Below, piece after piece: positions 49,585 through 60,171 of a stretch of DNA of 64,000 nt. Below the pieces are notes generated by a model. That model did not search any database and had not been told where the DNA came from. It saw only the letters and a program-made list of their open reading frames with translations. The DNA comes from Longimicrobiales bacterium (GTDB lineage: Bacteria > Gemmatimonadota > Gemmatimonadetes > Longimicrobiales > Gaopeijiaceae), in contig CBDANQ010000017.1 in the NCBI GenBank assembly GCA_965197725.1, positions 14,220 to 78,219 of the forward strand, given 5' to 3'. The stretch's first letter is position 1. Every line of letters starts with the position of its first letter. Both the position numbers and the translations under genes were made by a program.

Positions 49585-51327
49585 CTACCTCCCGTAGACT
49601 CTTTCGCCCGGTGGCCATTTCGTGACGGTCACCGGTTTGAACTCGACTCCTGGGCTGCCCTCCTGCGAGCGGTAGGCCAGGGAGTGAGCGAGGAACTCGT
49701 CGTCGTCGCGCTCGGGATAGTCGGTCCTTTGGTGTGCTCCTCGGGACTCCGTGCGGGCCCGAGCCGACTCCAGGACAACGCGCGCGACATCCAACAGATT
49801 GGAGAGCTCGAGCGCTGAGACCAGCTCGGTGTTGAAGGTACGGCTGCCATCGTCCAGGCCGATGCGCTGGAACCTCTCCCAGACAGTGTTCACCTTCGCC
49901 ACAGATTCACTGAGCCCGTCCTCGTTCCGGTAGATCCCGGCCCCCGCCTCCATCGCGTCCTGCATTTCCTTTCTCAACGGCGCCACGCGCTCCGTGCCTC
50001 CCGAAGTGTCGAGGAAGTCCCTTTGCAGCCGTCGCTCCTCATCCCGTGCCTGGGCCATGAGCGCCGAGCCGGGCGCGGCCTGACCGCCTGCGAATTGGGC
50101 AGCGGCCCGTCCAGCCCTGGCCCCGAAGACAAGGAGCTCCGTGAGAGAGTTGGACCCGAGACGGTTCGCGCCGTTGATGTTCACGCAGGCTACCTCGCCT
50201 GCCGCGTACAGACCGTCGAGAGGCGTGGCGCCGTGAATGTCCGTGTCGATCCCGCCCATCATGTAGTGAACCACGGGCCGAACCGGGATCATCTCGCTCA
50301 CCGGGTCGACCTTCTGGTACTTCAGACAGAGCTCGCGCACGAACGGAATCTTCTTGTCGATTTCCGCCTCGCCCAGGTGCCGGATATCGAGATGGACCAC
50401 GTCTCCGTAAGGGCTCGAGACAGCCCTCCCAGCCTGGCTCTCCTTTACGAAGGCCTGTGAGAGGCGATCGCGTGGTCCGAGCTCCATGGAGCGCTTCACA
50501 GGCTTGGGCTCGGGCGTCCCCAGATCGTAGTCCTGCAGGTAGCGGTATCCGTCCTTGTTGAGCAGCCAACCGCCTTCGGCTCGGGCAGCCTCCGTGATGA
50601 GAATGCCCGTGAACGGCAGCCCCGTCGGGTGATACTGGACGAACTCCATATCCTTGAGGGGAACACCCGTGCGATACGCCAGCGCCATGCCGTCACCGGT
50701 CTTGATGTTGGCGTTCGTGGTGAACTGGAAAATCTTTCCGCCTCCACCGGTGCAGATGATGACGGCCTTGGCCAGCAGCGCCTGGACTTTCCCGGTAGCC
50801 AGCTCAATTGCCACCACCCCCTGACAACGACCGTCGTCGACCAGTAGGCGCGTGACGAAAAACTCGTCGTAGCGGGTGATCGGCGGGTAGCGGAGCGTGG
50901 TCTGGAAGAGGGCGTGCAGCATGTGAAAGCCCGTCTTGTCCGACGCGTACCACGTTCGCTCGATCTTCATCCCGCCGAAGGGCCGAGTAGCTATGTGGCC
51001 GTCGGGCTGGCGGCTCCAGGGGCAACCCCAGTGCTCGAGCTGGACCAGCTCCGTGGGAGCCTCCTGGACGAACGCTTCGACGGCGTCCTGATCGCACAAC
51101 CAGTCCCCACCGCTGACGGTGTCGTAGGCGTGCGCTTCGAGGCTGTCCTCGGCACGGACTACTCCGGCAGCGCCACCTTCGGCGGAGACGGTATGGCTGC
51201 GCATGGGGTAGACTTTCGAGACGACCGCCACGCTGAGTCCGGGGTTGGTCTCAGCCGCTGCGATCGCTGCGCGCAGGCCAGCTCCTCCACCTCCCACCAA
51301 CAAGACATCATGGGCTACGCTGTCCAC
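49585..51327 (-). CDS. frdA: Fumarate reductase flavoprotein subunit
   Basis: [22 protein letters not shown] (covalent FAD His), [33 protein letters not shown]. Confidence 0.93.
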   Translation of the reverse strand: MDSVAHDVLLVGGGGAGLRAAIAAAETNPGLSVAVVSKVYPMRSHTVSAEGGAAGVVRAEDSLEAHAYDTVSGGDWLCDQDAVEAFVQEAPTELVQLEHWGCPWSRQPDGHIATRPFGGMKIERTWYASDKTGFHMLHALFQTTLRYPPITRYDEFFVTRLLVDDGRCQGVVAIELATGKVQALLAKAVIICTGGGGKIFQFTTNANIKTGDGMALAYRTGVPLKDMEFVQYHPTGLPFTGILITEAARAEGGWLLNKDGYRYLQDYDLGTPEPKPVKRSMELGPRDRLSQAFVKESQAGRAVSSPYGDVVHLDIRHLGEAEIDKKIPFVRELCLKYQKVDPVSEMIPVRPVVHYMMGGIDTDIHGATPLDGLYAAGEVACVNINGANRLGSNSLTELLVFGARAGRAAAQFAGGQAAPGSALMAQARDEERRLQRDFLDTSGGTERVAPLRKEMQDAMEAGAGIYRNEDGLSESVAKVNTVWERFQRIGLDDGSRTFNTELVSALELSNLLDVARVVLESARARTESRGAHQRTDYPERDDDEFLAHSLAYRSQEGSPGVEFKPVTVTKWPPGERVYGR

Positions 51328-51425
51328 GCGCCTCCTGAATCGGCCCCGACCGCGGAGGGAGTCGGACCGTCACAAAGTGCGGGATCCGCCCGGCGCTGGG
51401 CCTGGTCTGAAAAGATTGACCACGC

Positions 51426-51454
51426 AGCGTATCACCTGTGGTCGGAAACTTCAA
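51426..51454 (-). promoter_or_regulatory. Sigma70 promoter for frdABCD
   Basis: TTGAAG-N17-TACGCT with extended -10 TG. Confidence 0.5.
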
Positions 51455-51535
51455 CACGCTCTTGAAATCGCTACTGTCGACGATTCAGTGGACGTGTGGC
51501 GCGGCGGTCACTCGGGGCCGAGCTCCGCCCGCTCC

Positions 51536-51700
51536 TCAAGGTCCGGCCAAGCGGTTCTGAAGTGAGAGTCCCGAGGGTGGCAAGAACTGCGACTGCACCC
51601 CAAGCAGGGTGCTGGCGGCGGCTACAGGACTGTCGAACGGTTCGACCAGCCCGGATCGCCGGAATCGATGCCAGGCGACTTGGTCGGGGGTGAGTTCCAT
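51536..51700 (-). pseudogene. Truncated N-terminus of an AlkZ/YcaQ-like winged-helix DNA glycosylase
   Basis: MELTPDQVAWHRFRRSGL...SPVAAASTLLGVQSQ..PSGLSLQNR then stop after 54 aa; includes the QxQ-type motif. Confidence 0.55.
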
Positions 51701-51743
51701 GCGCTGATATGGCATCAGCGACGCCCCGGCACAAAGTTGCGAC

Positions 51744-52199
51744 ATGAATACGATGTTCGAGCCGTCCAAGGCGGCTGCTCTGACCACACGAATCGACCGT
51801 CTCCGTCCCGACGCGGCGCGCCAATGGGGGCGGATGTCCGTCGGCGGGATGGTCTGCCACCTGAGCGACGCGTTCCGCATGGCAGTCGGCGACCGCGATA
51901 CGCGCGACCGCGGCAACCTCGCGACGAAGACGATCATCAGGTTCGTCGCGTTCTGGACGCCGCTCCCGTGGCCGCACGGCGTGAAGACCTTTCCAGAAGC
52001 GGATCAGGAGTTGGATGGAACCCCACCAGGGGCCTTCGCGGAGGACGTCGCGGAGCTCAAGGATCTGATGAAGCGTTTCGCCGCGCAGAGATCGGGTCCC
52101 TTCCCGCGTCATCCCCTCTTCGGGTCGATGACGAACGGCGAATGGGGCCGTTGGGGCTACCGGCACGTCGACCACCATTTACGGCAGTTCGGCCAATAG
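51744..52199 (+). CDS. DUF1569 / DinB-superfamily protein
   Basis: WGRMSV..M.CH, HPLFG.M...EWG....HVDHHLRQF. Confidence 0.85.
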   Translation: MNTMFEPSKAAALTTRIDRLRPDAARQWGRMSVGGMVCHLSDAFRMAVGDRDTRDRGNLATKTIIRFVAFWTPLPWPHGVKTFPEADQELDGTPPGAFAEDVAELKDLMKRFAAQRSGPFPRHPLFGSMTNGEWGRWGYRHVDHHLRQFGQ

Positions 52200-52222
52200 C
52201 CGCGTCGATGCTAGAAAGAAGG

Positions 52223-54298
52223 CTAGTGCGCCTCCGCCTCAGCACGCTCCGCCGCGACCTTCTTTGCCACGTCCAGGGGCGCCGGTTCGTACCCGGCCAG
52301 CTTCCGGCTATGGTATGCACGCCCCTGCGTCATCGAACGCAACGTCGCCGCATACTTGTACAGCTCGGACTCGGGCACGCGCGCCCGCACAGTGGTGCGG
52401 CCGGACGACGGATCCATGCCTTGCACCTTGCCTCGCCGAGACGTCAGGTCGCCCATGATATCGCCCAGGTACTCGTCCGGCGTGGTCACCGCGAGTTCGA
52501 GCACGGGCTCGAGCAGCACCGGCCGGCACTTTTCCGCAACCGCCCTCAGGGCGATCGATCCAGCCAGCTTGAACGCGATGTCGGACGAGTCGACCGCGTG
52601 GTACGACCCGAAGTAGCACTCGGCGCTGAAGTCCACGAGCCGGTAGCCCGCGATGGCCCCCTTCGCCGCCGCCTCCTGAATGCCGCGGTCCACCGACGGC
52701 AGATACTTTGACGGGATCACACCGCCCTTGATCGAGTTGATGAACTCGTAGCCCGCGCCGCGAGCCTTGGGCGCCAAGCGGAGCCAGCAGTCTCCGAACT
52801 GGCCGCGGCCGCCAGATTGCTTCTTGTGCCGCCCTTGTCCTTCGCCTTTCGCCGAGATGGTCTCACGGTACGCGATCTTCGGCTGCTCGGTCTTGACCTT
52901 CACGCCGTACTTGCGCGCCATGCGCTCGAACTGCACGTCGAGGTGCAGCTCGCCGACGCCTCGAGCGATCGTCTGGTGCAACTCGGCGTCGAAGGCCGCG
53001 GAGAACGTCGGATCCTCTTCGCGCAGCTTCGGGAGGGCCACGCCCAGCTTGTCCTCGTCGCTGCGCGTCTCCCCGACGATCGCCACCGCGATATCCGCGC
53101 TCGGGAACTCGATCCTGTCGAGAGGGAGCTTCTTGCCCTTGTCGTTGAGCGTGTCGTTGGTGTGTGTGTGCTTGAGCTTCGCGATCACGCCGATGTCTCC
53201 AGCGTGCAGCTTGGATACGTCATGCCGCTCCTTGCCCATCGGGATACTCAGATGGTTGAGCTTCTCGCTCTGGCCGTCCGACGCGTTCATGACCTCCGCA
53301 CCGTTCGCTACGGAACCGGAAAAGACCCGGAAGTACGACAGCTCGCCAACGTGGGGCTCGGCCGCGGTCTTGAAGACCAGCGCAGCAAGAGGGCCGCTGT
53401 CGGCGGCGACCAGCTCTTCATCGCCGAGGACTTCGGCACCGGCTTCCACCGGGCTCGGGCAGAGCTCAACTAGCTTCTTGAGCAACGCTCGCATGCCGTA
53501 CGTCTGCGGCGCCGAGCCACAGAACACCGGGAAGACTTCGTTGCGCGCCATGCCGCGGGCCATCGCGTCGATCGCCTCTTCCCGCGAAATCCGACCCCCC
53601 TCCAGGTACGTCTCGAGCAGTGACTCGTCGGTGGTGGCGAGCGTCTCTTGAAGCTCGGTCTCCCACTGAGCCTCTTTGTCCGCCAGCTCGTCGGGGATGT
53701 CGGTCTCGTCATACTCGCCCGTGACAGTGCCCTTCTTATAAATATGCGCCCTTTCGCTGAAGAGGTTGACGATGCCGGAGAACGCGGGTCCCTCACCGAC
53801 GGGGATCTCCACCGGAAGCGCGCCGTCGGCGAGCTTCTTGATCTGCTTGAAGACGCCGTCGAAGTCGGCATGCTCCTTGTCCATCATCGAAACAAAAAAG
53901 ACCCGGGGGATTCCCCGGGCCTTGCAGTACTCCCAGACGCGCTCCGTGCCCACCTCGACGCCCGAGGTGGCGCTGACGACAATGATGGCGGCATCGGCGA
54001 CTCTCACGGCCGACAGCGTCTCACCGGTGAAGTCCAGATAGCCCGGGGTGTCGAGCAGGTTGATCTTCGTACCCATGTGCTCGGCATACGCCGGCGTCAT
54101 CTGGATCGAGATCTCGTGGGCGTGCTCTTCGGGGGAGTGCATCGTGAGCGACGTGCCGTCGTCCACGCTGCCGTGGCGCGTCGACGTGCCCGCGACGAAG
54201 CAGAGCGCGTCCACCAAGCTGGTCTTGCCCGCACCGCCGTGGCCCAGGACCGCGACATTCCTGATGCGATCCGTGGTGTACTCCTTGCCCGATGCCAT
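52223..54298 (-). CDS. fusA: Elongation factor G paralog (EF-G2)
   Basis: RNVAVLGHGGAGKT, DTPGY, GELHL, HKKQSGGRGQFG, YHAVDSS, LLEP, LRSMTQGR; not in the str operon. Confidence 0.92.
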   Translation of the reverse strand: MASGKEYTTDRIRNVAVLGHGGAGKTSLVDALCFVAGTSTRHGSVDDGTSLTMHSPEEHAHEISIQMTPAYAEHMGTKINLLDTPGYLDFTGETLSAVRVADAAIIVVSATSGVEVGTERVWEYCKARGIPRVFFVSMMDKEHADFDGVFKQIKKLADGALPVEIPVGEGPAFSGIVNLFSERAHIYKKGTVTGEYDETDIPDELADKEAQWETELQETLATTDESLLETYLEGGRISREEAIDAMARGMARNEVFPVFCGSAPQTYGMRALLKKLVELCPSPVEAGAEVLGDEELVAADSGPLAALVFKTAAEPHVGELSYFRVFSGSVANGAEVMNASDGQSEKLNHLSIPMGKERHDVSKLHAGDIGVIAKLKHTHTNDTLNDKGKKLPLDRIEFPSADIAVAIVGETRSDEDKLGVALPKLREEDPTFSAAFDAELHQTIARGVGELHLDVQFERMARKYGVKVKTEQPKIAYRETISAKGEGQGRHKKQSGGRGQFGDCWLRLAPKARGAGYEFINSIKGGVIPSKYLPSVDRGIQEAAAKGAIAGYRLVDFSAECYFGSYHAVDSSDIAFKLAGSIALRAVAEKCRPVLLEPVLELAVTTPDEYLGDIMGDLTSRRGKVQGMDPSSGRTTVRARVPESELYKYAATLRSMTQGRAYHSRKLAGYEPAPLDVAKKVAAERAEAEAH

Positions 54299-54325
54299 TC
54301 AGAACCCTCCGGCTCTTCGATGATT

Positions 54326-54357
54326 CGGGGCCCCCCGCTAGGTGGCAGGAGGCCCCG
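54326..54357 (-). other. 13-bp hairpin in the EF-G2 5' leader
   Basis: CGGGGCCTCCTGC-loop-GCGGGGGGCCCCG between the promoter and the SD. Confidence 0.5.
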
Positions 54358-54383
54358 TTCTTAGATCGTTTGGGGACACACGG

Positions 54384-54412
54384 ATTCTAGAGGGGGTCCA
54401 TAGCCCCGGCAA
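54384..54412 (-). promoter_or_regulatory. Sigma70 promoter for EF-G2
   Basis: TTGCCG-N17-TAGAAT. Confidence 0.6.
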
Positions 54413-54418
54413 GACGCC

Positions 54419-56695
54419 CTAGCGCCTTGCGTCCGCCTCCGCTTCCGTAGCGGCCAGCTCGCCCGTGGTGAGCTCCAGAACGAGTCGGTCGAGGTCGTAG
54501 ATCTCGTCGAGCGCTTCCAGGATCGCGCGCGCGTCGACCGTGACCGAACGATTCTTCTTGGGCAGATAGATGTAGTCGCCGGGCAGGCTCTCCGCGTTCC
54601 CGTCGAAGACCACGCCTACCACCTCGAGGTCCCGGTCCAGCACCGGCGAGCCCGAATTCCCGCCGATGATATCGGCGGTCGACACGAAATTCATCGGCGT
54701 CCTGAGGTCGAGGGTCGCCGGCGGATCCCGCCAGCGCTCCGGCAGCGCCCAATCCGGATTGCCCTCGTGCGAATAGTGCCGGTCGTAGAGGCCGTAGAAC
54801 GTCGTGAAGACCGGAGCTACGGTGCCGTTGTACTCGTATCCGGTCACGACCCCGTCGGCGATGCGCAGCGAAGAGGTGGCGTCGGGGGGAACGTCGGTCC
54901 CGTAGATCTCGAAGCGGGCGCGACCGACCTCGGCCGCGAGCTCCTCTTCGAGTGGGCCGACCTCGACGTAGAGGGTGTTGAGTTGCAGGAACGCCGGCAA
55001 GAAGGCGATGACGGCTTGCACCCCAGCGTCCCGCGGGGTCGCGCTGCCGTTCTGCAGCGCTGTGACGGCGATCGCGGAGTCGGTCAGCATCGTGCCCTGA
55101 ACGATCCGCTGCGCTGCCTCGAGCGGAGTGCCGCCGCGAAGGACCGCGGCAACGGCCGCGTGGTCGGCGCCCAGATAATCGCTCATCTGAGCGAACCGGT
55201 CGGCCATGAGCGCGGCGTCCAGATCGGGATGCATCTGGGGCGTTCCGATCACGTTCTCCATCATGTCATCGATCTCTTCTGCCGACGCCTGGTTCTGGCG
55301 CATCGCGATGACCTGCAGCGCGAAGAAGCCCCTGATGAGGGTCGAAGAGTCGAGATACGGGTTGCCAAAGACAGAGAAGGCCCCCATCACGGGTGCCGCG
55401 GCCCGCTTCTGCTCCTGGACCGCTGCCAAGCGCTCGATGAGATCTCCGTACCGACTCCGCAGGTCGGGGTCTGCCTCGATCGCCGCCTGGAAGTCGCGCT
55501 CCGTGTCCTTCCGGCGGGCGATGATGAGTGGATCCTCGAGGCCCCGGATTTGTCCGTCGTACGCCTCCTCCGAGTTGGCAAGGCTGAAGTATTCATTGCG
55601 TACATGATCCTGATCGGTCGCTTCGGGGTTCGCCTGGATGAAGGCATCGAGCACACGCATGCGCCGGCGTATCGTCTCGAGCAGATATCGGTCCCCGACG
55701 TCCCGTCGGAATTCGAGCTCTGCGACGGTCTGGAGCCGGTGGGTCGAACCCGGGCTGCCCACGATGAAGATCGGATCGCCTTCCTGGAGGCCGTCCGCGT
55801 CGAACGGGAAGTAGCTCTCGCTCGCGAGCGGGTCGCCGGCGTCGTCGTACACACGGAACAGCGAGAAGTCGAGGTTGTAGCGCGGGAACGTGAAGTTGTC
55901 CGGGTCGCCGCCGAAGAAGCCGATCTCCAGCTCGGGAGCCATGACCAACTTCACGTTGGTATACCGACGAAAAACGTACGCCGACGTGCGCGCCCCGTTG
56001 TACAACGAGATCATCTCGACGGCGTAGCCGGAGTCTTCCCCGCCCTGCTCCTCGAGGATGCGCGCCTCGATCTCTTCGAGCAGGGACTCGCGCACCTCGC
56101 CCCGCTGATCGGCACTGACTGCGTCGATGGCAGCATTCACCTCTTCGGTGACGTCGACGATCTCGAGCAGCTGGTCGGCCTCGAAGTCCTCGACCGGACG
56201 CTCGTCGGCGAGGTCCTTCGCCCGGAAGCCGTCGTCCAGGAGAGACTCGCCTTCGCCCGACACCTGTGCGACGAAGTCACGAGCACAGTGGTGGTTCGTC
56301 AGCACGAGGCCGTTCGGTGACACGAAGGAGGCCGAGCAGCTGGGAATGCGCAGTGCACCGAGACGAGCTCTCTCGAACCAAGCTTCGTCCGGCACAAAAC
56401 CGTGCGTCTCGGCGATGTAGTCGACCGGCGGGAACTCGAACGTCCACATCTTACCCTGGTCGAAGACGCCCGCCTGAACGGTGTCGAGATCGACCCCGAA
56501 CACGTACGGAGCGGGCCCCGCATTCGGTATTTCGGCGGCGGGCACCCGCACCACGTCGCCCGCGTCCGCGTCCGCCCCAGCGGGTGGCGAGGGCGGGGGG
56601 GGCGGAGGAGCTGAGCCTCCGCAGGACGCGAGTAGAAGCGCAGCGGAGAGCGCCGGGACCCAACGTGAACAGATTCTCGTCTCCCAAGACACCAT
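54419..56695 (-). CDS. S46 family dipeptidyl peptidase (DPP7-like), lipoprotein
   Basis: LASC lipobox, Pro-rich linker, GKMW, CSASFVSPNGLVLTNHHC, FGGDPDNF, DIIGGNSGSP, FDGN. Confidence 0.9.
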   Translation of the reverse strand: MVSWETRICSRWVPALSAALLLASCGGSAPPPPPPSPPAGADADAGDVVRVPAAEIPNAGPAPYVFGVDLDTVQAGVFDQGKMWTFEFPPVDYIAETHGFVPDEAWFERARLGALRIPSCSASFVSPNGLVLTNHHCARDFVAQVSGEGESLLDDGFRAKDLADERPVEDFEADQLLEIVDVTEEVNAAIDAVSADQRGEVRESLLEEIEARILEEQGGEDSGYAVEMISLYNGARTSAYVFRRYTNVKLVMAPELEIGFFGGDPDNFTFPRYNLDFSLFRVYDDAGDPLASESYFPFDADGLQEGDPIFIVGSPGSTHRLQTVAELEFRRDVGDRYLLETIRRRMRVLDAFIQANPEATDQDHVRNEYFSLANSEEAYDGQIRGLEDPLIIARRKDTERDFQAAIEADPDLRSRYGDLIERLAAVQEQKRAAAPVMGAFSVFGNPYLDSSTLIRGFFALQVIAMRQNQASAEEIDDMMENVIGTPQMHPDLDAALMADRFAQMSDYLGADHAAVAAVLRGGTPLEAAQRIVQGTMLTDSAIAVTALQNGSATPRDAGVQAVIAFLPAFLQLNTLYVEVGPLEEELAAEVGRARFEIYGTDVPPDATSSLRIADGVVTGYEYNGTVAPVFTTFYGLYDRHYSHEGNPDWALPERWRDPPATLDLRTPMNFVSTADIIGGNSGSPVLDRDLEVVGVVFDGNAESLPGDYIYLPKKNRSVTVDARAILEALDEIYDLDRLVLELTTGELAATEAEADARR

Positions 56696-56792
56696 GCCGA
56701 CCTCTCTGGATCTCATCGGAAATACCGCACCCGCCGAAAAGGGCGGGACCCGATAATCTCGCGAGCGACCTGAAGGGGAACAAGCAAGGGCG

Positions 56793-57632
56793 CTAGTTCG
56801 TGCGGTGCCTCTTCGAGACTTCGTCGAGCAGCTTGAGCTCGCCCGCGGTGAGCGACGACATTCCCGTCGCGGAAATCTTGTCGAGGACGGCGTCGACCTT
56901 CTCGTAGAGCACTGCTTCCTCTCGGGGTCGGCGCGCTGGCGCACCCACACCCGGATGCTCTTCGGCGCTCTCATCCCGAGGCACGATCGCGAGCCGACGC
57001 GAACGCGTGGCAGCCTTCTTGATGCGGGCCAACTGCCCACCCGGCCGCCAGTCGGACCTCATATAGAGGAAGCCGGCGATCAGGCCGCCGAGATGGGCGA
57101 AGTGCGCTACTCCACCGCCCGCGCCTGCGCCTTGGAACGTGCTCAGCGCGCTGAGCACGAAGAAGAAGCCTACCAGATACTTCGCCTTGACGGGGAAGAT
57201 GCCCCAAACGTAGATGGGTGCGTCCGGCCAGTTCATCGCGAACGCGAGCATGACCCCGTACATCGCGGCGGAGGCTCCGACGACCATGTTGGGGAGGAAC
57301 AGGTAGCTCAGCGCCACACCCCCCAGGCCACAGATCACATAGAAACGGAGGAACTCCCGTTCGCCCCAACGTCCCTCGAGCGGCGGCCCGAAGAAGAACA
57401 GGATGAGCATGTTCACGGCGAGGTGCATCAAATCGCCGTGAAGGAACATGTACGTAAGCGGTCCCCACGGGCGGAAGAAGATCCGCGTGGGCTGGAAGGC
57501 GAGCCACTCGAAAACGAAGCGCTGCCCGATGATCAGCGTCATGGCGAAAACCGCCACATTCGCGATCATGAGGCGCTTCACCATCGGGGTGAGCATGAAA
57601 CTGAAGCCGTAGCTTCTGCTTGAATACGCCAT
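56793..57632 (-). CDS. Rhomboid intramembrane serine protease with C-terminal DUF6576-like tail
   Basis: TYMFLHG...HL..NM, GAS, AH.AHLGG, VDAVLDKIS..G..SLT..E. Confidence 0.9.
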   Translation of the reverse strand: MAYSSRSYGFSFMLTPMVKRLMIANVAVFAMTLIIGQRFVFEWLAFQPTRIFFRPWGPLTYMFLHGDLMHLAVNMLILFFFGPPLEGRWGEREFLRFYVICGLGGVALSYLFLPNMVVGASAAMYGVMLAFAMNWPDAPIYVWGIFPVKAKYLVGFFFVLSALSTFQGAGAGGGVAHFAHLGGLIAGFLYMRSDWRPGGQLARIKKAATRSRRLAIVPRDESAEEHPGVGAPARRPREEAVLYEKVDAVLDKISATGMSSLTAGELKLLDEVSKRHRTN

Positions 57633-57722
57633 CTTCGTTCTTCGAATATCCGTACGTCTAGGGGACTTATGCAAACCCCTGCCCTCGGGTCAGGTTCCTG
57701 GCACGACGAGGGCTGTCCCTAC

Positions 57723-58760
57723 CTACCCCAGCTTACGAAGCATGGACCCTCGTTCTTGCTTTCTTGCGCACGCAAGCCGGGTGATCCGGTCGCACAACTC
57801 CGGAAACTCCGTCCCGGCGGCACGCGCCGCCTTGGGAAGCAGACTGTTCGCGGTCATCCCGGGCAGCGCATTCGCTTCCAAACACCAGGGCTGACCGTCC
57901 GCGTCCACAATGAAGTCGACCCGGGAGTAGTCCCGCATACGCAGCGCGCGGTGCGCCGTGAGAGCAAGCACTCCGAGCCGATCCGAAAGCGCCTCGGGGA
58001 CGTCAGCCGGGAAGATCTCCTGGGCCATATCAGGCTGATATTTGCACTCGTAGTCGAAAATCTCGTGCTCGGGAATGATCTCCCCTACTGGTAGAGTCTC
58101 GTCTCCCAACACCCCGACCGTTAGCTCTCGGCCCGAATGATATCGCTCGAATAGCACCACGTCGTCCCAGCCGCGGCTCTCTTCGATGGCCGCGACGAGC
58201 TCCGGGCGGTCGTGGGCGAGGATCAGCCTCAACGACGAGCCACCGCCTGACGCTTTCACGATCACCGGTAGACCGAGCGCCTCGACCACCTCCGCCTCCG
58301 TAGGTTGGCCGGTCATCCAATCGGGGGTCGGCACCGCCGCGTCTCGTAGGAGGCGCTTGCTAACCTCCTTGTCCATCGCCAAGGAACACCCGAGCCGGTC
58401 GCTACCCGTGTAGGTCACGCGGGCGACGTCGAGCAGCGCCTGAAGGGTGCCGTCCTCGCTCCCGAGCCCCCGTGAAGCGCCAAGAAGAAAACGTCGACGT
58501 CCTGGAGTGACGGGTCTCGCGTCAGCGCCACGGTGTGGCGCTCATCGAGACGCGCCAGGTCGCTCGCCACCGGGTGGCGCCGCGTGCACGCCCCCACTCA
58601 GCAAGCGCCTCTCTTCGTCTCGGCTGAGCGGTCCGTGTGCGGTGTCCACGGCGACAACGTCATGACCCGCCTCTCGCAGTGCGCACGCGGCCTGCGCCCC
58701 AGACGAGAGGGAGACCTCGCGTTCGTCCGAGGTCCCGCCCATCAGGACGGCGATCCTCAT
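57723..58760 (-). CDS. ddl: D-alanine--D-alanine ligase; two compensating frameshifts (~58572 and ~58460), probably sequencing errors
   Basis: [14 protein letters not shown] / FLALHGG.G / [40 protein letters not shown]. Confidence 0.9.
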
Positions 58761-60142
58761 GCGATCAGAGCACGGATGACGTCGTAGCGCGTGATGATCC
58801 CAGATAGGGACCCGTTCTCGCGGACGAGGCACGCCGCGTTCTCGCGGGTGAGTAGATGACGAACCTCAGCCGAGTCGACATGGCCATCCACGACCGGGAA
58901 GGGAGCGCCCATGACGGTCTCAACCGGCCTGTCGAGCAGCGATGGGTCTTCGATCACCTGGGCCATCAACCGGGTCTCGGTGACCGAGCCGACGCACTCG
59001 CCCTCGAGCACGATCGGCAGCTGCCCGATGTCATGCGCGGTGATCGTGGAGAGGCCGATCCGGACCGAAGTGGTGGGCTCGACGATGATGAGCTCCGGAA
59101 CATCTCCCTCCTTCGCGCGCACCAACTCGCCAACTGTCGAGCGCCGAGGCCGTTGCAGGAAACCGTTGTCGCGCATCCAGTCGTCGTCGTACGCCTTGCT
59201 GAGGTAGCGCTCTCCCCAGTCAGGCAGGAGCGTGACCACGAAGGCGTCCGGATCGTCCAGCTCCTTCGCGACCTGAATCGCACCGTGCACCAGCAATCCG
59301 GAGGAGCCGCCCGCAAACAGTGCTTCCTCTCGGGTCAGGCGCCGTGCCATCCGGAACGCTTCACCGTCGTCCCCGGTCCGATACTCGTCGACGGTGTCGA
59401 GGTCGAGCGTACCCGGGATCTTGTCGTTCCCGATACCCTCGAGCTTGTACGGGTGTCCCTCGACCACCTCTCCCGTGTTGAAGAAGGGAGCGATCACCGA
59501 ACCCTCCGGATCGATCCCGACGATCCTCACGGCCGAATTCTTGGCCTTGAGGTAGCGGCCCACACCGCTGATCGTGCCACCGGTACCCGCGGAGGCGACG
59601 AAGTGGGTCACGCGCCCTCCGCTCTGCTCCCAGATTTCCCGGCCGGTCGTGTCGTGATGCGCGTCGGGATTCGTTTGGTTGTAGAACTGATCCGCCATCA
59701 CCGCGCCCGGTGTCTCCGCCGTGATCGAGCGCGCCTTCTGCAGGTAGTGGTCCGGATGGTCGGGCGGGACCGCGGTCGGCGTGATGATCACCTCCGCGCC
59801 GAAGGCCCTCAGCAGCTTGACCTTCTCACTGCTCATCTTGTCCGGCATCGTGCAGATACAGCGATACCCCTTGAGCGACGCGGCCATGGCAAGCGCGAGG
59901 CCTGTGTTTCCCCCGGTCGCCTCAACGATCGTGCCGCCGGGCTCGAGGGAACCGTCGCGCTCCGCAGCCTCCAACATCGCCAGTCCAATCCGGTCCTTGA
60001 TCGAGCCGCCGGGGTTCATGAACTCGCACTTCACGTACAGGGGCGTGTGCGCTCCATCGGTGACCGACCAGAGTCGGACCATGGGTGTCCAACCGATCAG
60101 GTCGAGGATGGAGTCGTACGGTTCTTGGTGTCGTTTGGACAT
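58757..60142 (-). CDS. cbs: Cystathionine beta-synthase (PLP domain plus CBS pair)
   Basis: [40 protein letters not shown]-terminal CBS domains. Confidence 0.85.
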   Translation of the reverse strand: MSKRHQEPYDSILDLIGWTPMVRLWSVTDGAHTPLYVKCEFMNPGGSIKDRIGLAMLEAAERDGSLEPGGTIVEATGGNTGLALAMAASLKGYRCICTMPDKMSSEKVKLLRAFGAEVIITPTAVPPDHPDHYLQKARSITAETPGAVMADQFYNQTNPDAHHDTTGREIWEQSGGRVTHFVASAGTGGTISGVGRYLKAKNSAVRIVGIDPEGSVIAPFFNTGEVVEGHPYKLEGIGNDKIPGTLDLDTVDEYRTGDDGEAFRMARRLTREEALFAGGSSGLLVHGAIQVAKELDDPDAFVVTLLPDWGERYLSKAYDDDWMRDNGFLQRPRRSTVGELVRAKEGDVPELIIVEPTTSVRIGLSTITAHDIGQLPIVLEGECVGSVTETRLMAQVIEDPSLLDRPVETVMGAPFPVVDGHVDSAEVRHLLTRENAACLVRENGSLSGIITRYDVIRALIA

Positions 60143-60171
60143 TCAGAGATTCACGGGATGGCGGGGCGGGC

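Noticed and set aside
51455..51535. TPP riboswitch remnant or FNR site near frdA and the lost thiC
   Set aside because: No CUGAGA/CCUGA core and no TTGAT-N4-ATCAA found
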